A stretch of 64,000 nt of DNA from an uncultured virus (IMG/VR IMGVR_UViG_3300034407_002805) (taxonomy: Duplodnaviria > Heunggongvirae > Uroviricota > Caudoviricetes), in IMG/VR virus record IMGVR_UViG_3300034407_002805. One strand, given 5' to 3'. A program made the translations under genes and the position numbers. The notes beneath the pieces were generated by a model. That model did not search any database, was not told the DNA's origin, and was given only the letters and a program-made list of their open reading frames with translations. Shown piece by piece: positions 29,170-37,681 of the stretch. The stretch's first letter is position 1; every line of letters starts with the position of its first letter.

Positions 29170-30193
29170 TAGTTTTATTGATGACTCCATCGGCGTCTTT
29201 ATCGATAATATTAATCAGATTAGTGTTTATCTAGGTAACCTAGATAGCGTTAATCGCGCACCTTTACGTGGTTCTATTAACTTCAATAATAGAGTCAATG
29301 ATCCTGCAAACACTTATTACGATCCTAGAGACGTGCCACCTGAAACGCATGATACTGTGCGAGAAGTTAACTTCTTACACAACAAGGTGCAGTACTTTTC
29401 ATACCTATTATTTTCATCTCTGCCACCTAACTTACCTTCACCTAAACTCGTTACTGACAGTGCTTATTTTGAAACCTTTTCAGCTGATCATTTAAGAATT
29501 CCTATTGAGAGAAATGCGGGTAGAGAAATTCCGGGGTTTGTTCTCGAAGGGCGTGATTCATCTCCTGGCGATTCTGATTATCCGCATACAGGTCTGTTAG
29601 CAATTGACAGTGCTAATATATCTTATCTTAGTGGCCAGTATTTTAAAGTTGGCGCTAATTATTTTGATAGCCCACACGCTGGTTTTTATTCGTTATTAAA
29701 TAACCCATCGCATGGAGGAACAGATTCACGAGCTGGTGGCTACGCTTTCTTTGATAGCAATGAAGTAGTAGACTTTGGTTTAGTAGTTAACGTTGGTAGA
29801 ATACAACGTTTAACTGGCCCGCCTGCAGATAGCGATACATCTACATTTCCTTTCCCTATGCCTCGAAGATCTGATGGAGATTCAGGCTTTGAGCAGGACT
29901 CTGGTTTTCTAAGCTATGATAGTGGAAGATTTAATAAGTTAATGGTTGGCAATTTCTTTATTGCTGATTCAACACCTACTGAAGACTCTTCTGACTGGCA
30001 ACAGTTTAGGTTCCCTCACGACTCTGCAAACTTTGATAAATTCGAGTTTAACACTATGCATTTTGATAGTAATGACACTTTTAATCAACCAATGAGATAT
30101 GTGCAGAGGTTAACTATTGAAACTGATTCGGCCGTGTTTAACGGAGGCGGATTTTTATTATCACCTTTTGATAGTGCAGGTAGAATAACATAG
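29150..30193 (+). CDS. DS-rich virion/fibre protein
   Basis: 347 aa, 20 DS; N-terminus paralogous to the next ORF. Confidence 0.7.
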   Translation: MARIADSSFIDDSIGVFIDNINQISVYLGNLDSVNRAPLRGSINFNNRVNDPANTYYDPRDVPPETHDTVREVNFLHNKVQYFSYLLFSSLPPNLPSPKLVTDSAYFETFSADHLRIPIERNAGREIPGFVLEGRDSSPGDSDYPHTGLLAIDSANISYLSGQYFKVGANYFDSPHAGFYSLLNNPSHGGTDSRAGGYAFFDSNEVVDFGLVVNVGRIQRLTGPPADSDTSTFPFPMPRRSDGDSGFEQDSGFLSYDSGRFNKLMVGNFFIADSTPTEDSSDWQQFRFPHDSANFDKFEFNTMHFDSNDTFNQPMRYVQRLTIETDSAVFNGGGFLLSPFDSAGRIT

Positions 30194-30199
30194 ATGGAG

Positions 30200-30207
30200 T
30201 ATAAATA
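30200..30207 (+). promoter_or_regulatory. late promoter TATAAATA
   Basis: Exact consensus 5 nt before ATG 30213. Confidence 0.75.
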
Positions 30208-30212
30208 GAATC

Positions 30213-30836
30213 ATGACACGTAGAATATACATAAATGCATCTGATGCTATCGGTACTTGGATTGGTAAGAATAACCAGTTAGCCCAGGCTATTGGTGACT
30301 TGGATAGCTTAGACTCGGGTTTTTCTGGAATACACACTGGCTATCTAAGGTCTGACTCCGATATTGTATCAGCGTTGAATATGCTACACCTACAGATGGA
30401 CAGTATAAATGATTACATTTTTGATTCACTTGGAGTATTAAGACTTCAAGCTGTATATGCTGATTCAGCTGATATAGGTATACTACACGCTGAGCATGCT
30501 GCAATTGACAGTGCTCAAATAGATAGCGCGCACATCAATAAGCTCACTGGATCTTATATGAGATTTGATAGTGCTGACATTGACAGCGCAATGATAAGAC
30601 ACTTATCCGGCGAATCACTTTTCTATGACAGCGGTAGGTTTAAAAATCTTTCTGTTATTGACAGCGCGTTTATCGATAACGTTGCCATCAATGAAGCTAA
30701 TGTAGAAAGAATTACAGTACGTGCTGATGCAGTAACACTATCACACGCACAGTTATTTACTGTTCAAGATTCAGTTGGCAGTACACTATTGGCAGGTTAT
30801 CTCTTATCTACGGATAGCGCGGCAAATACAGCATAG
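30213..30836 (+). CDS. DS-rich fibre-like virion protein
   Basis: 207 aa, 14 DS; DSAxI short-period repeats. Confidence 0.7.
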   Translation: MTRRIYINASDAIGTWIGKNNQLAQAIGDLDSLDSGFSGIHTGYLRSDSDIVSALNMLHLQMDSINDYIFDSLGVLRLQAVYADSADIGILHAEHAAIDSAQIDSAHINKLTGSYMRFDSADIDSAMIRHLSGESLFYDSGRFKNLSVIDSAFIDNVAINEANVERITVRADAVTLSHAQLFTVQDSVGSTLLAGYLLSTDSAANTA

Positions 30837-30843
30837 GTGAAAC

Positions 30844-32013
30844 ATGGCTTTCCGTAGACCACTAAAGTATAGTCAAAATAAAAATTCTATTACAGTTGGC
30901 GGTGACGCAAAATTTCAATTAATGTCTAATGAAGACATTGATCGCATAAGACAGCAAGCAATTTTTGAGCTATCAAAGAATCCAGTGTATGACCTAAGAG
31001 TTACAACTGCGCTGGATAGTGATGGTAATCCCATTGGCAACCTAGATACAATTTCTGATACAAGAATCACATCGGCAGCTGCGGTTTTAGGAACTGCCAG
31101 TTCTTTTCCGTCTGACCCAGGCACTGCGTTATTTGGTACTGTAAACACCAACTACAAAAGGCTTAGAGATTCAACTGATTCATGCGGATTTGATTCGAAT
31201 GCATACTTATATTTAGCTGACACCGCACCAAGACCTCTATGTTTAGATTCAGACAGAGGCCAAATACTTATGGAGATGCCTTTACAAGATGTCTTTGATA
31301 CGTTTATCAGGCCAGCACTCGATTCTTTCTATGCTGATGTTACTAACATTGGTGATTCTAATAATTATATGAGACCCGGCCTGTACTTAATTGGAGGTGG
31401 AGCTAACGCAATACATACCGATGCAAGTGTAGCTTCACGCAATCCTGCTTTTGGAGTTGACAGCGTAGTCTTTCAAGAATTAGATTCTGCTGATGTAGTT
31501 TTTGCCGATACAGTCGCTAATCCGGGTGCATTTGCTGCAGGTGCAATTGGTACAGTTGGAACTTTCCAAGATGCTGCAACGACGAGTACTAGTTATTTTC
31601 TACAGAGAACGATCAATCCAGATTCAGGAACTGAATATTTTACTCAAGATTCAATAAGTGGAAATGTAGTTTTACCTTTAAAGTATGAAGAAAATGCACA
31701 AAAGGGCTACGGGCATCCTGGTTTAAAACAATTCAGTAGAAATGAATTCAAAGATTATTTGCAAAGAGCAATGAGATTTGTATCAGGCGGAGAAACTAAC
31801 TATCGCCATTACTATATAATTGATAGTGGCGCTACCGGCTCAATCATGGGTTCAGCTATAGTTAATACTGAGATTGTAAGTCCTGGTTCTAATTTCCAAA
31901 CACGGTTGGCAGATCCAGGTGCATCAGATCCTAATGATTATCGAGGACAAGAATTTCCTACCGGTACACCTTCTGCTGTTAACACTCAATATCTTAAATT
32001 TGTGAGGCACTAA
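30844..32013 (+). CDS. DS-rich virion protein
   Basis: 389 aa, 12 DS; DYRGQEFPTG C-terminus. Confidence 0.7.
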   Translation: MAFRRPLKYSQNKNSITVGGDAKFQLMSNEDIDRIRQQAIFELSKNPVYDLRVTTALDSDGNPIGNLDTISDTRITSAAAVLGTASSFPSDPGTALFGTVNTNYKRLRDSTDSCGFDSNAYLYLADTAPRPLCLDSDRGQILMEMPLQDVFDTFIRPALDSFYADVTNIGDSNNYMRPGLYLIGGGANAIHTDASVASRNPAFGVDSVVFQELDSADVVFADTVANPGAFAAGAIGTVGTFQDAATTSTSYFLQRTINPDSGTEYFTQDSISGNVVLPLKYEENAQKGYGHPGLKQFSRNEFKDYLQRAMRFVSGGETNYRHYYIIDSGATGSIMGSAIVNTEIVSPGSNFQTRLADPGASDPNDYRGQEFPTGTPSAVNTQYLKFVRH

Positions 32014-32522
32014 TGAAACTACATGACGCATATTTTTTTGATAACGATAGAACTGTTATTAAAGCGATTTATCGTGATAAAGATAATAATGAAATAGTAA
32101 GACACATACCAGCTCAAGAAAGCAATAAAAAGTATCAAGCTTTTATGAATGATATGGAAACTATAAGTGGAGATACAAGCGCTATTGATAAATTACATGA
32201 ACGAACTATGAATTACTTAAGAGAAAGTCAAAGTGATTTTGAAGAGAAAGTAATAACTATTGCAAAAGAAAGAGGTCTTGTTCATGATATTGATAACGTT
32301 AGTACTGATGTTTACAAAATAGTAGCGGCGTCACTTTTTAAAGATTTTGATGAAGAGAAAGAAAAGCAATCGTTGTTTCTATATAAGCTCACATTGTTTG
32401 AAATGGATTTTGTAAAAGATTGTGATGATAGAGACTTAAAAAAAGAACTACGGAAATCGAAAACTTTGATAGATGCTACAAAGATTGCATGTGAAATATA
32501 TCAAAAATCACAAATCTTGTAA
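32013..32522 (+). CDS. hypothetical protein
   Basis: 169-aa ORF, TAATG coupled. Confidence 0.75.
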   Translation: MKLHDAYFFDNDRTVIKAIYRDKDNNEIVRHIPAQESNKKYQAFMNDMETISGDTSAIDKLHERTMNYLRESQSDFEEKVITIAKERGLVHDIDNVSTDVYKIVAASLFKDFDEEKEKQSLFLYKLTLFEMDFVKDCDDRDLKKELRKSKTLIDATKIACEIYQKSQIL

Positions 32523-33686
32523 CAAGTTTTTTAGTTCAGGTGTATAATCTAAAACATTAAACCCTCTAATTTTATTCATTTTGTCTGTATATAACCAGAG
32601 ATTATGAAGCCAATCTTTATACTCATTAGCTTTATAATGGCTCATTGGGTCAAAAAAATCTCTGAATGTAGTTCTTCTACCATATTCAGATCCTAGTCGT
32701 AAATATTTTTCTAGCTGTTTTTCTACTATATCATCGGGTAGATATTGTATAGAACACCACCATGGAAAAGTTACAAGGTTGTGACATTGTATCCAGTTTA
32801 TATATTCTTTGTGGTAGAAATATTCGAATATACTCTCTAATGAAAAATAATTATAAACAGTTATTGTAATTGTAATTCCTATTTTTAATCCAGTTGCATC
32901 ATAAAACATTTGCATATTCTTAGTTACTCTATCAAAATCTCCTCCTCTAATCCAATTATAAAGTTCATGTGTTCCGTCTACTGATACCATAACATCTAAA
33001 TGTTTCAGTTTAGACAACATATTAAGATGACTTTTCCTTAAGCCCTGAAGATTAGTCGTTATCCTAATATTACAATCTGGATTTAGTTCTGAACACTTTT
33101 CCATAAGATCAATATGTTTTTGATCTGCAAAGCAGTCACCTCCTTTTACAACCATTACATCTAAGTCTGGTATAAGCTTTACGATTTTATTATAATCATC
33201 ATCTGTAAATCTGAAAAGTGTACTTTTATCATGCATAAAATCGGCATCATATTTAAACCATTGATTTGAGTGTCTACCACTGCACATTACACACATTTGA
33301 TTACATATGTTTGAAGCTGCTAATTCTATAAAACGTACTTTGTTTTCTGCACCTTTTTTATATCTCCATTTGTTCTTACCTGATTTTAAATTATATTCGT
33401 AAGATTGAAATACATTATTTTTTTTCATCCTATTTTTGCCAAAACACTTATAACAAGGATAAAATTCGGTTTGCCTTTGTTCTTCGTATGCTTTCCAAAC
33501 TTGTTGGTAGTGCTGAGACCACCACTCTTGTAAATCATCAACTTCCCGTAGATTAAATTGTTCTAAGCGTGGTTTGCTGTTAAAAGATGTAGTTGTGTTA
33601 TCCATACAGCAAAAAGAAAGATTACCAGTGTCTGGTTCTACTGTAAAACCATGGTGTGGTATGTAACAATTTTTAGACCAGTCCAA
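32508..33686 (-). CDS. radical SAM protein with N-terminal Cys-rich (twitch/SPASM-like) segment
   Basis: CNQMCVMC (CxxxCxxC), GGD, ITTN and SVDG...YNWIRGG; N-terminal C..FCC..CYKC. Confidence 0.88.
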   Translation of the reverse strand: MDWSKNCYIPHHGFTVEPDTGNLSFCCMDNTTTSFNSKPRLEQFNLREVDDLQEWWSQHYQQVWKAYEEQRQTEFYPCYKCFGKNRMKKNNVFQSYEYNLKSGKNKWRYKKGAENKVRFIELAASNICNQMCVMCSGRHSNQWFKYDADFMHDKSTLFRFTDDDYNKIVKLIPDLDVMVVKGGDCFADQKHIDLMEKCSELNPDCNIRITTNLQGLRKSHLNMLSKLKHLDVMVSVDGTHELYNWIRGGDFDRVTKNMQMFYDATGLKIGITITITVYNYFSLESIFEYFYHKEYINWIQCHNLVTFPWWCSIQYLPDDIVEKQLEKYLRLGSEYGRRTTFRDFFDPMSHYKANEYKDWLHNLWLYTDKMNKIRGFNVLDYTPELKNLLQDL

Positions 33687-34443
33687 CTTTAAAATCCTTA
33701 TTTACTTGATGAATAAAATGTACAGCGTCAGTGTACGTAGTAATGTCTTGATTGAGAATATAATTCCATGATATACCTATATTTATCATAGGTATATTAT
33801 ATCGCTCTATTAAGTATGAAAAGAATGCTTCATTGTTTGGTTTCCATACTCGTGATACTTCATCTGGATATACGTTATCTTCGCAAGCTTCTTTATATAC
33901 TTCTAAACACTCATCTAATCTACCAACCCAATCAAGTCTTTTTATAGACTCTTTAGATCCCAAAACCACACCTGTGTTTATTAAAGCATCTGTGCCTGTT
34001 ATGTCATCTAGTAAAAGCATAGCTTTTTTAATAGTGCACTTTACCCAAACGTTCAATGGGTGAAAGTTATCATCATCAAGTTCCCACTTGAATTTTTTAG
34101 CGTCTAGTTCTCTTGGAATATTGTAAACACATATTTTGCTAGTATCAAAGTTTTCGAAAATATTAGTAGTAGTTTTAGGGATTACATCGAAATCTAAATA
34201 TAAAACCTCATCATAATCATATGAAAGTTCTTGTAATTTTATGAGCTTATCAAATTGTATTTTGTCATAATTTGTTTCAGATGTTTCAATTAAAGAATAG
34301 TCAGCCTTACAAAAAGAAGCATAATCTTTTTGTGCTTGTTCTAACTTTGTTTTATATTTCTCGAACTGCGATTTTTTGTAATCTGTAGAAGAGTCATGCT
34401 TATCCACAGTCGGTGTATAAATGCTATAAATGATTCTTTTCAT
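33673..34443 (-). CDS. GT-A glycosyltransferase-like protein
   Basis: YDEVLYLDFDV (DxD), INTGVV, NNE and FIHQVNK. Confidence 0.75.
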   Translation of the reverse strand: MKRIIYSIYTPTVDKHDSSTDYKKSQFEKYKTKLEQAQKDYASFCKADYSLIETSETNYDKIQFDKLIKLQELSYDYDEVLYLDFDVIPKTTTNIFENFDTSKICVYNIPRELDAKKFKWELDDDNFHPLNVWVKCTIKKAMLLLDDITGTDALINTGVVLGSKESIKRLDWVGRLDECLEVYKEACEDNVYPDEVSRVWKPNNEAFFSYLIERYNIPMINIGISWNYILNQDITTYTDAVHFIHQVNKDFKVGLV

Positions 34444-35326
34444 ACCACTCTTTCACGTATTTGAAATCTTTGTTAATAACATGAATTATATTTGTTTTAT
34501 CTGGTACGTAACTCCACTTATCCATGAAGTGATGCCACTTTTCATCTAGCCATTGTACACTAACGTCGTTGTAGTTCATTCTAAAACTCCAGATAGTTTC
34601 ATTATCCCAACCAAACATGTCTCTTAAATATACTGGCCACATGCCATCAGCATCGTTTTTTAGTTCAGTCATCAAATCAATTATTGATGAGAAATTATCG
34701 AAATAGTTTAGTTTATATAAATCAGTTGCAGATATACCAACAATACCAGTATTATAAACATCGTTAGAACCACTCATATTGTGGTCTACTAGTAGAGCTC
34801 TAGCATTCCAGTATTTAGCTGCAGGAGATCTGATTGAGAATGCTTTACCTTTTCTTTCATATCTCTCTTCGCTTAGTGATAGTTGATTGCATATCTTATC
34901 TACATGTCTCGCATTGCGAAAAACAGCTACGCCATTTTTAGATACATTCCAATAATCAAAAAAATTTTTATTACTTACCGGTACTGCATCGAAATCTAAA
35001 TACAGAATCTCGTCATAATCCTTGGCCATTTCATACATTAAATGTATTTTATAAAAGTTAACTATATTATATGAAGTTATTACTGGATATTTCTCGTTGA
35101 ACATATTTTTATATTCAATGTAATTTTTATCATACTCGAATAACTTGTAGTCAATTCCTAACGATTCTGCGTACCGCAAGTGCATAGACTTTAGCCATGA
35201 ATAGTACTCCTTCAACTTCTCTTTGGTGCGTATTGTTTTAGGAAGAGTATCGTTGTGATAAGGCGGCTGATAATCTAATTCATCCTCAGGTATATCGATA
35301 TATAAACTGAATATTACTCTTTTCAC
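34424..35326 (-). CDS. GT-A glycosyltransferase-like protein (paralogue of neighbour)
   Basis: YDEILYLDFDA, YNTGIV, DNETI and IIHVINK. Confidence 0.75.
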   Translation of the reverse strand: MKRVIFSLYIDIPEDELDYQPPYHNDTLPKTIRTKEKLKEYYSWLKSMHLRYAESLGIDYKLFEYDKNYIEYKNMFNEKYPVITSYNIVNFYKIHLMYEMAKDYDEILYLDFDAVPVSNKNFFDYWNVSKNGVAVFRNARHVDKICNQLSLSEERYERKGKAFSIRSPAAKYWNARALLVDHNMSGSNDVYNTGIVGISATDLYKLNYFDNFSSIIDLMTELKNDADGMWPVYLRDMFGWDNETIWSFRMNYNDVSVQWLDEKWHHFMDKWSYVPDKTNIIHVINKDFKYVKEWYEKNHL

Positions 35327-35904
35327 TGTACTTCTTCTCTTTCACTTATTGTAATTACAGGTTTATTATATAACATAGATATATCACTCCAGGAACAATG
35401 TGATCCTACATAACACATGGAATCTTCAATTAATTTTATCTTTTCTATAATCTCTTGCGCATTTTGAAAGTTACGACTATCCCCTAAGTCTATAAGATTA
35501 GTGTTTTTTATTTCTGCCTCTAAAGCTCGGTGCTTAGCAAAGTGTTTTAACTTATTTTTTTTAGAAAATGGTATGAAGGAAGATACTACATGTAGATTTT
35601 TAAGGTTCTTTTTTCTCATGGACTTTTGAAGTAGACCCGTAATATTATCTTGTAATAAGGAATGACCTACATGTTCACCATGCTTAGATCTGTAATCAGA
35701 TAAAATCATTTTAGAATCTGAATCTAATTTAGATATTATAATATCATTTTTGCGTTTAAAAATGTAGTCATAAACGGGCAAATATTTTAATGTATTATTA
35801 GCATGGTAATTACCTAAAAAAGAAATGTCTCCTTTGAAAAAACTATCACCTAGATATATCCATCTCAAGGAATCAAACAAACCAACTTTTTTTACGAATG
35901 TCAT
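35323..35904 (-). CDS. hypothetical protein, possibly a GT-B-like fragment
   Basis: C-terminal YVGSHCSWSDISMLYNKPVITI resembles GT9/GT11-type C-termini (weak). Confidence 0.45.
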   Translation of the reverse strand: MTFVKKVGLFDSLRWIYLGDSFFKGDISFLGNYHANNTLKYLPVYDYIFKRKNDIIISKLDSDSKMILSDYRSKHGEHVGHSLLQDNITGLLQKSMRKKNLKNLHVVSSFIPFSKKNKLKHFAKHRALEAEIKNTNLIDLGDSRNFQNAQEIIEKIKLIEDSMCYVGSHCSWSDISMLYNKPVITISEREEVQ

Positions 35905-36548
35905 TTTCCTATTACCATATATCTTTCATACTCATCATTTATATTTCTTTTGCCTGCATATAATATTTTATTTAAAGGTAAAGAATCTACAAAATCTTCT
36001 AGCGATTTTTTACAGTTAATATGACTGTCAACATCAAAATAATTATTTGATTGTAAGCACATTAACATGTTTGGATTTTTTAATTTAAATGAGAAATCGA
36101 TTTCACTTTGATCTATATGTTCACAAGCAGTACATATAACTATTTTTACATTGCTATTCGTTTTTATGTCATGGAATATTTCTAATCCATCTTCGTCCAT
36201 AAACTGTACGTTATCATGAATACGTAATCGGCTGGCCATCTTATTACAAAATTTATCTAGTTCATAATTTATAATTTGCTTTTTAAATCCTGACTCACTG
36301 AGAAGATGTGACATCAAACCATACCATCCACCTATGATAAGACAAGCGTTATACTCGTCAGTAATGAAAGGTTTAAGCTTTTCTACAGCCCATGTCTTAC
36401 ATTCTATTTGTCCATCACTTATAGAATCTAAGAGATCTTTAATGCGAAATAGATCTATGTTTTCATTGTACATAGATTCTCTATAAATTTTATCAATAAT
36501 TTTTAAAGCTTTTTTATACAATAACGGATTCATGTATTCCACTGTCAA
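35901..36548 (-). CDS. class I SAM-dependent methyltransferase-like protein
   Basis: LIIGGWYG motif I, NYELD motif II, CTACEHI and LQSNNY. Confidence 0.7.
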   Translation of the reverse strand: MTVEYMNPLLYKKALKIIDKIYRESMYNENIDLFRIKDLLDSISDGQIECKTWAVEKLKPFITDEYNACLIIGGWYGLMSHLLSESGFKKQIINYELDKFCNKMASRLRIHDNVQFMDEDGLEIFHDIKTNSNVKIVICTACEHIDQSEIDFSFKLKNPNMLMCLQSNNYFDVDSHINCKKSLEDFVDSLPLNKILYAGKRNINDEYERYMVIGK

Positions 36549-37062
36549 ACGTATTCCAATCTTTTATTTCATTCCAGAAAAACCTGTCTATACCTTTATA
36601 TTTTCTAGTATTATAGTCAATGTTCTTCGAAAACAAATCCCATATGTAAGTATTTTTATGTGCTGTCCATGCTAATACTGAACTATTTAATTCAGTTTCA
36701 TATGAATGCTTTTTGTAATGTAAATCTTTTTTCCAATCATCTCTCATAAATGTAGGTGTAGAAAAATCTATATCTTTAATATATTCGAATGGATCGTTTT
36801 TTATCTCTACATCTAAATCGAACAATACACATTTGCCTGTCAAAGGAAAATTATCTCTAAACAAATGCATTTTGTTCCACCAACGCCGTAGCTTTGGTTT
36901 TTCAGGTATCTCTATACATTCTATGTTAACGCCTGTTCGATCCTCTGTGAAGCAGTATATCTGTCCTATTACACCCTTAGAAACTTTAGTTATGCATTGA
37001 GCTTGTTTATTTACATCATCTGAGGTATATTTATCGCCGTGTTTTAATAATACTACGTTCAT
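36514..37062 (-). CDS. short GT-A glycosyltransferase-like protein
   Basis: LKHGDKY, WWNKMHLF, LFDLDV (DxD), NSSVLAW and GID. Confidence 0.7.
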   Translation of the reverse strand: MNVVLLKHGDKYTSDDVNKQAQCITKVSKGVIGQIYCFTEDRTGVNIECIEIPEKPKLRRWWNKMHLFRDNFPLTGKCVLFDLDVEIKNDPFEYIKDIDFSTPTFMRDDWKKDLHYKKHSYETELNSSVLAWTAHKNTYIWDLFSKNIDYNTRKYKGIDRFFWNEIKDWNTFDSGIHESVIV

Positions 37063-37067
37063 GTAAC

Positions 37068-37085
37068 TATCTATATGTATAAATA
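37068..37085. promoter_or_regulatory. back-to-back late promoters: TATAGATA (-) for the enzyme cassette and TATAAATA (+) for the fibre operon
   Basis: Minus-strand TATAGATA 37068-37075, 5 nt before ATG 37062; plus-strand TATAAATA 37078-37085. Confidence 0.65.
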
Positions 37086-37129
37086 AAGCTAACAGAGAAT
37101 GTTCGAGTTACTTAGTATCGAGTGGTAAA

Positions 37130-37483
37130 ATGGCACAGTACGAATTATTCAAGATCGACAAAGGATCTGACGTAGCGATACAGCTACATTTAGAAGATGC
37201 AGACGGCAATCAGAAAAACCTTGACGGTTATTCGATTGCTGCCAAAATGAAAAAGAACTTCAACAGCGATTCCTCAGATACACACTCCTTTACAGCAGCC
37301 ATCAATGCACCTGTCAGTGATGGTATCGTAACTCTTTCACTCACTAACACTCAAACAGATGCACTCAAAGTCGGTAACTACGTTTATGATGTAGAAATTT
37401 CTTACATTGATGACAGTGGCGGGGACACTATTATTGAAAGAATACTTGAAGGTAAGATACGAGTCAGCCCATCGGTGACGTAA
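37130..37483 (+). CDS. virion structural protein (BppU N-terminal-like)
   Basis: IDKGSD, LSLTNTQT..L..G.YVYDVEI and RILEG.I.VSP.VT. Confidence 0.7.
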   Translation: MAQYELFKIDKGSDVAIQLHLEDADGNQKNLDGYSIAAKMKKNFNSDSSDTHSFTAAINAPVSDGIVTLSLTNTQTDALKVGNYVYDVEISYIDDSGGDTIIERILEGKIRVSPSVT

Positions 37484-37681
37484 ATGGCAACACAAATTAC
37501 ACACGTAGCAAAAATCACCATCGGAACTCCAATAAGAAGAGTTACCGGTGCCAGTGTACAAGAGCTTAACGATCTATCAAATGTCACGATCACTGGCGTT
37601 GAAGATGGTGACATTATAGTTTTTAACGCATCAACGAATAAGTTTGAAAACAAAGCTGGCATTAGTGGAGGCACATACTAA
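37484..37681 (+). CDS. small fibre-associated protein
   Basis: LNDLSNV......DGDIIVFN....KFEN fibre-type repeat. Confidence 0.7.
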   Translation: MATQITHVAKITIGTPIRRVTGASVQELNDLSNVTITGVEDGDIIVFNASTNKFENKAGISGGTY

